A stretch of 64,000 bases of DNA from the human T2T-CHM13v2.0 reference genome, Homo sapiens, in assembly GCF_009914755.1 (NCBI RefSeq), contig NC_060941.1, one strand, 5' to 3'. Below, one piece after another: positions 57,394-64,000 of the stretch. Under the pieces are notes generated by a model, which saw only the letters and a list, made by a program, of their open reading frames with translations, searched no databases and was not told where the DNA came from. Every line of letters starts with the position of its first letter. Position 1 is the first letter of the stretch. A program made the position numbers and the translations under genes.

Positions 57394-58412
57394 TGACCTC
57401 GTGATCTGCCAGCCACCATACCCAGCTAATTTTTAGTATTTTTAGAAGAGACGGGGTTTCACCATGCTGGCCAGGCTGGTCTCAAACTCCTGACCTCATG
57501 ATCCACCCGGCTTGGCCTCCCAAAGTGCTGGGATTACAGATGTGAGCCACCGTGCCCAGCTATGTGTTTATTTTCTTAGAGACAGAATCTTGCTCTGTTG
57601 CCCAGGCTGTAGTGGTATGATCATTTCTCACTGCAGGCTGGGCTCAAGCAATCCTCGCACCTCAGCCTCCCCAGTAGCTGGGACCACAGGCATGTGGTCC
57701 ACACCCCACTACTTTTTAAATTTTTCTGTAGAGACAGGCTCTCGCCATGTTGCCCAGATTAGTCTCAAACTACTGGTCTCCAGCTTTCCTCCTACCCTCC
57801 TCCAAAAGTGCTGGGATTACAAACACGAGCCACTGCATCCAACCCACATAATACTTCAAAATATGGCAGGCATGGTGGCTCACACCTGTAGTCCCAGCAG
57901 TTTGGGAGGCCAAGGCAGGAGGATCATTTGAGCCCAGGAGTTGAGCCTGGGAGTGAGGCTTCAGTGAGCCGTGAACATTCCAGTGCCCTCTAGCCTGGAC
58001 AACATAGCAAAACTCAGCCTCAAAAAAATAAATAAAATATTAATGGAATTAATACATCTTAAAAATAATGTTTGCATGTGTCCTTAACAAAGAGGATGGT
58101 TTAAAAAAAAAAAAAAGAGGACCAAGCGCTATGCCTCACGCCTGTAATCCTAGCACTTTGGGAGGCCGGGGCGGGCGGATCATCTGAGATCAGGAGTTCG
58201 AGACCAGCCTGGCCAACATGGCAAAACCCAGTCTCTACCAAAAATACAAAAACCAGCCAGATACGGTGGCAGGCACCTGTATTCCCAGCTACTCAGGGGT
58301 TGAGGCAGAAGCATCGCTTGAACCCGGGAGGCGGAGTTTGCAGTGAGCCAAGATCAAGCCACTACATTCCAGCCTGAGTGGACAGAGTGAGACACCATCT
58401 CAAAAAAAAAAA

Positions 58413-58764
<352 letters not shown>

Positions 58765-60165
58765 TCACCCATTTCACTAATCTCAGGCTTTTGTGGATTT
58801 CCTAGAACCTGTCTTATAGAACAGCTGTATAAAGAGTTTTGTCAGACCGAGGGTGTTGGCTCACGCCTATAATCCCAGCACTTTTGGAGGCTGAGGCGGG
58901 TGGATCACCTGAGTTTGGGAGTTCGAGACCAGCCTGACCACCATGGAGAAACCCCATCTCTACTTAAAATACAAAATTAGCCGGGCGTGGTGGCACATGC
59001 CTGTAATCCGAGCTACTAAGGAGGCTGAGGCAGGAGAATCACTTGAACCTGGGAGGCGGAGGTTGTGGTAAGCCGTGATCCAGCCTGGGCAATGAGGGCG
59101 AAACTCCACCTCAAAGAAAAAAGAAGGGTTTTGTCATGCATGACTTTATGAGGTAATCTGCCATCAGCCATAAAAAAAATAACAAAAATATGCTTATATA
59201 CTTTTTTTAAAAAATCAAAACTTATAGGCATGAGCCTGTTAATGCATAAATATATTTTTTTAAAATTCAGCTATCTTTTCTCTGGGGCCATTCTTTTTTA
59301 TTGGATGGAGGGCATTCTCTTACTGCAGAGGAAGATCCTCTAAGCTTTTACTTGGCTGCAGGCATTCTACAGCTAGATGAGGGAAGGAGATGGGGAACTA
59401 CACTACTAATTGTATAGACTTCTCACTTAATTGGCTCCTGACTTCCATTTTCTGTCTGGAACTTAGCTAACCCCATCCTCCTCTGGGATTGGGGTCCTAG
59501 GTCCTGAACATCTCATATTCAATTCCTCCAAAGAACAAATCTCCTAACTTCTTTTTGTTGTTTACTTTTTTCTTTTTTTTTTTTTTGAGACGAAGTTTTG
59601 CTCTGTTGCCCAGGCTGGAGTGCAGTGGCATGATCTCGGCTCACCACAACCTCCGCCTCCTGGGTTCAAGTGATTCTCATGCCTTAGCCTCCCAAGTAGC
59701 TGGGATTAAAGGCACGCGCCACCTCGCCCAGCTAAAATCTCCTAACTTCTGTAAGGCTGACGGTAGCTGTCCAACTACTCAGGTTTAAAGGAGAAAGTAC
59801 TGAGAGGGAATCTATCTTCCCATTATAGACTTCTGGAAAGTGACCCTGTTGTCAGCCTCCATCTTATCCCTGCCTTCTGTTGTACGTGGTACCTTCAGGT
59901 TCTGAACTTTTCAGGAGCTTCACAGACAAATCATGACCTGCCTCTTGCCAGTAGTCTCCTGAAGCACTTGGGTTTGACCCACCTCTCTTCTGCTAAGTCA
60001 TTTACTATTTCTTTCTCTTTTCCTTTTTCCCATACAAGGATTACATATGCCTCATAATTTCAAATAGAGTTTATATCACTGTTTTTAGGTGATTTTCAAA
60101 ACAGCCTGGGAATAATTCTACTTTGCTGTCTTAAAACCAAAAAAAAGGCCAGGCACGGTGGCTCA

Positions 60166-60498
<333 letters not shown>

Positions 60499-60575
60499 TT
60501 AAGGGCTAAATGTCTGTTTGATAATTTTTTTTTTTTTTTTGAGATGGAGTTTCGCTCTTGTTGCCCAGGCTGTAG

Positions 60576-60836
<261 letters not shown>

Positions 60837-62026
60837 TAATAACTCCCAAAGGATAACAAAACTGAAATCGAGAACTCAAATGCTTGATTAAATTAGACTA
60901 CTTATTTTTCTTTTCTTTTTTTTTTTAATCAGACTACTTGTTTTTCAAACATAGCTTATACTGTCTCATCTCTGTGGCTTCACATCGTCTATATAGAAAC
61001 CTACCCATTTTTAATGCTCAGCTCAAGGCATAACCTCCATGAAACCTTTTCTGACCCCCTTTGTAGAGAGGAATGCCTCTTCCCCACTCCTGGTTTACAC
61101 AAGGAAAAACTTTCTCTAAACACACTCCTGGCTCCTCTGTACTTCTTTAAAGAGATTAAGTATAACTTATCTTTTAATCTTATTTGACTGGCAAATCATG
61201 GAAGAATGAAGTGCAACTTGGCTCAGAGTTCTGTGTTTCTACCCTTTCTGAACAAGTGTTCTCCATTTCTTCAGGGCCAGGCTCTCTCCTGCGTTGAAAA
61301 GCTTGATTTGGTATAGGACTGCTTAGAACTGCGGGCTGGGGATGTCTATCTGATAGACTTCAGTTAACAGATACAATTTGGCTCACATACTGAAAACCAG
61401 ATCTTCCAACCTGGTTTCTTTTAATAATTTTGGTCTCCAGCTGCCACTCCTGTTTTCTCCATTTGTCTAGAAATTCTGCAAGGATGAGGAATGCTTTTCT
61501 TGAGACCTCTTCAGAAATCCGAATATTTTCTAGGTAGGCATGTTCTTTTATTTCCCTATAATCCATAGCACTTTGCTTATAGTTCTGTTACAAAGCTTCA
61601 ATTTTGTCTTACTGTGTTCAATTTTGTCTAGCCTACTAGGCTGTAGTTTCCGGAAAGTAGATTAAACATAGTGCCTTACACATGACAAGCCACAAAACAA
61701 GTATTTGTTGGATTAACTGATTGAAGGGCTAAATGTTTCTTTCAACTAAAAGTGAAGATGATTATATGGGATTTGTTTTGCTTTCTTTGTTATTTCAGGT
61801 AAGATAAAGTCACAGACATCACCACATTATCAGTATTGCTAGATTATGGCCGGACACGGTGGTCCACGCCTGTATTCCCAGCACTTTGGGAGGCCGAGGA
61901 AGGTGGATCATTTGAAGTCAGGAGTTCAAGACAAGCCTGGCCAACATGGCTAGACCCCACCTCTACTAAAAATACAAAAATTAGCCAGGCGTGGTGGTGG
62001 TGGGCGCCTGTAGTCCCAGCTACTCA

Positions 62027-62170
<144 letters not shown>

Positions 62171-62297
62171 TCACGCCTGTAATCCTAGCACTTTGGGAGG
62201 CCAAGGTGGTTGGATCGCTTGAGGTTGGGAGTTTGAAACCAGCCTGGCCAACATAGTGAAACCCCGTCTCTACTAAAAATACAAAAAAAAAAAATTA

Positions 62298-62468
<171 letters not shown>

Positions 62469-63345
62469 TTATAACTAATTTTATAACTAAGATTTTATTT
62501 TTCCTTGCTATAATATGTTGGGTCATCACTGTTTCTGTTTTTTGTATGTATTGTCTAGGATTCCTAAAAACTAATTATACATCTTCTAAACCTAAAACTG
62601 AAAATAATTCCATTTACACTGAGGAGACAACTGTGCCAAAGCAATTCCAATGAAATGGACAGAATTTAAGCGGACAGCTCAAGCTACTTTTCTTTTCTTT
62701 TCTTTTTTTTCCCTGAGATGGAGTCTCTCTCTCTTGCCAGGCTGGGTGTAGTAGCGTGATCTCGGCTCACTGCAACCTCCGCCTCCTGGGTTCAAGCAAT
62801 TCTCCTGCCTCAGCCTCCCGAGCAGCCGGGACTACAGGCGCGTGCCACCACACCCAGCTAATTTTCGTATTTTTAGTAGAGACAAGGTTTCACCATGTTG
62901 GCCAGGATGGTCTCAATCTCTTGACCTCGTGATCCACCTGCCTCGGCCTCCCAAAGTGCTGAGATTACAGGCGTGAGCCACCGCACCCAGCTGCTACTTT
63001 TCAATAATATAGGACAAAGACAATACTCACAGAATTAGTGTATCATCATCAGTGACTTTAGTGGTTAAAAATAAGCAGCATATAAAAAAAGTGACGAGGA
63101 GAAGACATGGCCCAAGTAGTTGTTGCGGCCATCTTCTGCAAAACAAAAACTATGAACTGAGAAATACATTTACTTTTGTATAACTGGAGGTCAAAATAAG
63201 GTACTGGAGCTCTTCAGAAACCTCCAATCAAACATGTACTCGGAGATGACATCAGTGAAAATGCCACAATAAGAAACAAACGAAAAAAATTTCACCCCTC
63301 CATAAAAGCAACAATAACAACAAAACTGGCAAAAATCAAATATTT

Positions 63346-63583
63346 ACAGTTAGATAGAAGATACAAGTTCTATTGTTCCATAGCAGAACAGGATGACTAT
63401 AGTTGGCAAGGATGTACTGTGTATTTCTAAGTAGCTAGAAGACTTGAAATGTTCCCAACACATAGAAATGATAAATACTTAAGGTGATGGATACCCAAGT
63501 ACCCTGACTTGATCATTACACATTTTATGCCTATAATACTTATATGTACCCCACAAATACATAAATATTACGTATCAATTTTG
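63346..63583 (+). mobile_element. Short L1MA-type 3' end insertion with TSD
   Basis: L1MA 3' UTR (aaatgttcccaacacatagaaatgataaat...taccctgacttgatcattacaca) flanked by aaaaatcaaat(a/t)ttt at 63331 and 63584. Confidence 0.8.
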
Positions 63584-63864
63584 AAAAATCAAATTTTTTT
63601 ACTTTAAAAATTAACCAAGTCTTGCAATAACCCAAGGAGTTTTCATTCAAGAAAAACGGCTGAATCTCAGTAAGACTAGAGGTTTGTATCATTTTAATTT
63701 ACCCCAAATGTGCCTGTTGGCAGTAACCTTAAAAATAACATCCGTGGCTGGGCGTGGTGGCTCAAGCCTGTAATCCCAGCACTTTGGGAGGCCAAGGCGG
63801 GCAGATCACGAGGTCAGGAGTTTGAGACCAGCCTGACCAACTTAGTGAAACCCCGTCTCTACTA

Positions 63865-63999
<135 letters not shown>

Positions 64000-64000
64000 C

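Overview
Great-ape (most likely human, chr17q12 region) intronic DNA from the minus-strand gene FBXL20 (F-box/LRR protein 20, SCRAPPER). The only confidently identified coding sequence is one 62-nt internal exon at 31088..31149 (-), encoding MFSNSDEAVINKKLPKELLL(R), the start of the F-box. It is absent from the ORF track because it is too short. Everything else is intron: by eye on the order of a hundred Alu copies or fragments covering roughly half the window, two full-structure SVAs with TSDs (21041..22410 and 24853..26455, both antisense to the gene), several solo LTRs, a 5'-truncated L1PA with TSD, old L1M/L2/MIR remnants, DNA-transposon fossils and microsatellites. Nearly all ORFs in the track are Alu, SVA or L1 artefacts. 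I found no evidence of a new multi-gene system. The most interesting signals are a 6.3-kb antisense LTR-SVA-LTR-SVA cluster with an apparent gene-conversion tract between the two SVAs, a candidate 96-nt poison exon in intron 2, inverted Alus bracketing the F-box exon, a local Alu+FLAM tandem duplication ending in an inversion-like junction, and several small repair or retrotransposition scars. Repeat subfamily names come from memory of consensus sequences and need RepeatMasker/Dfam confirmation. Boundaries not anchored by TSDs are approximate.
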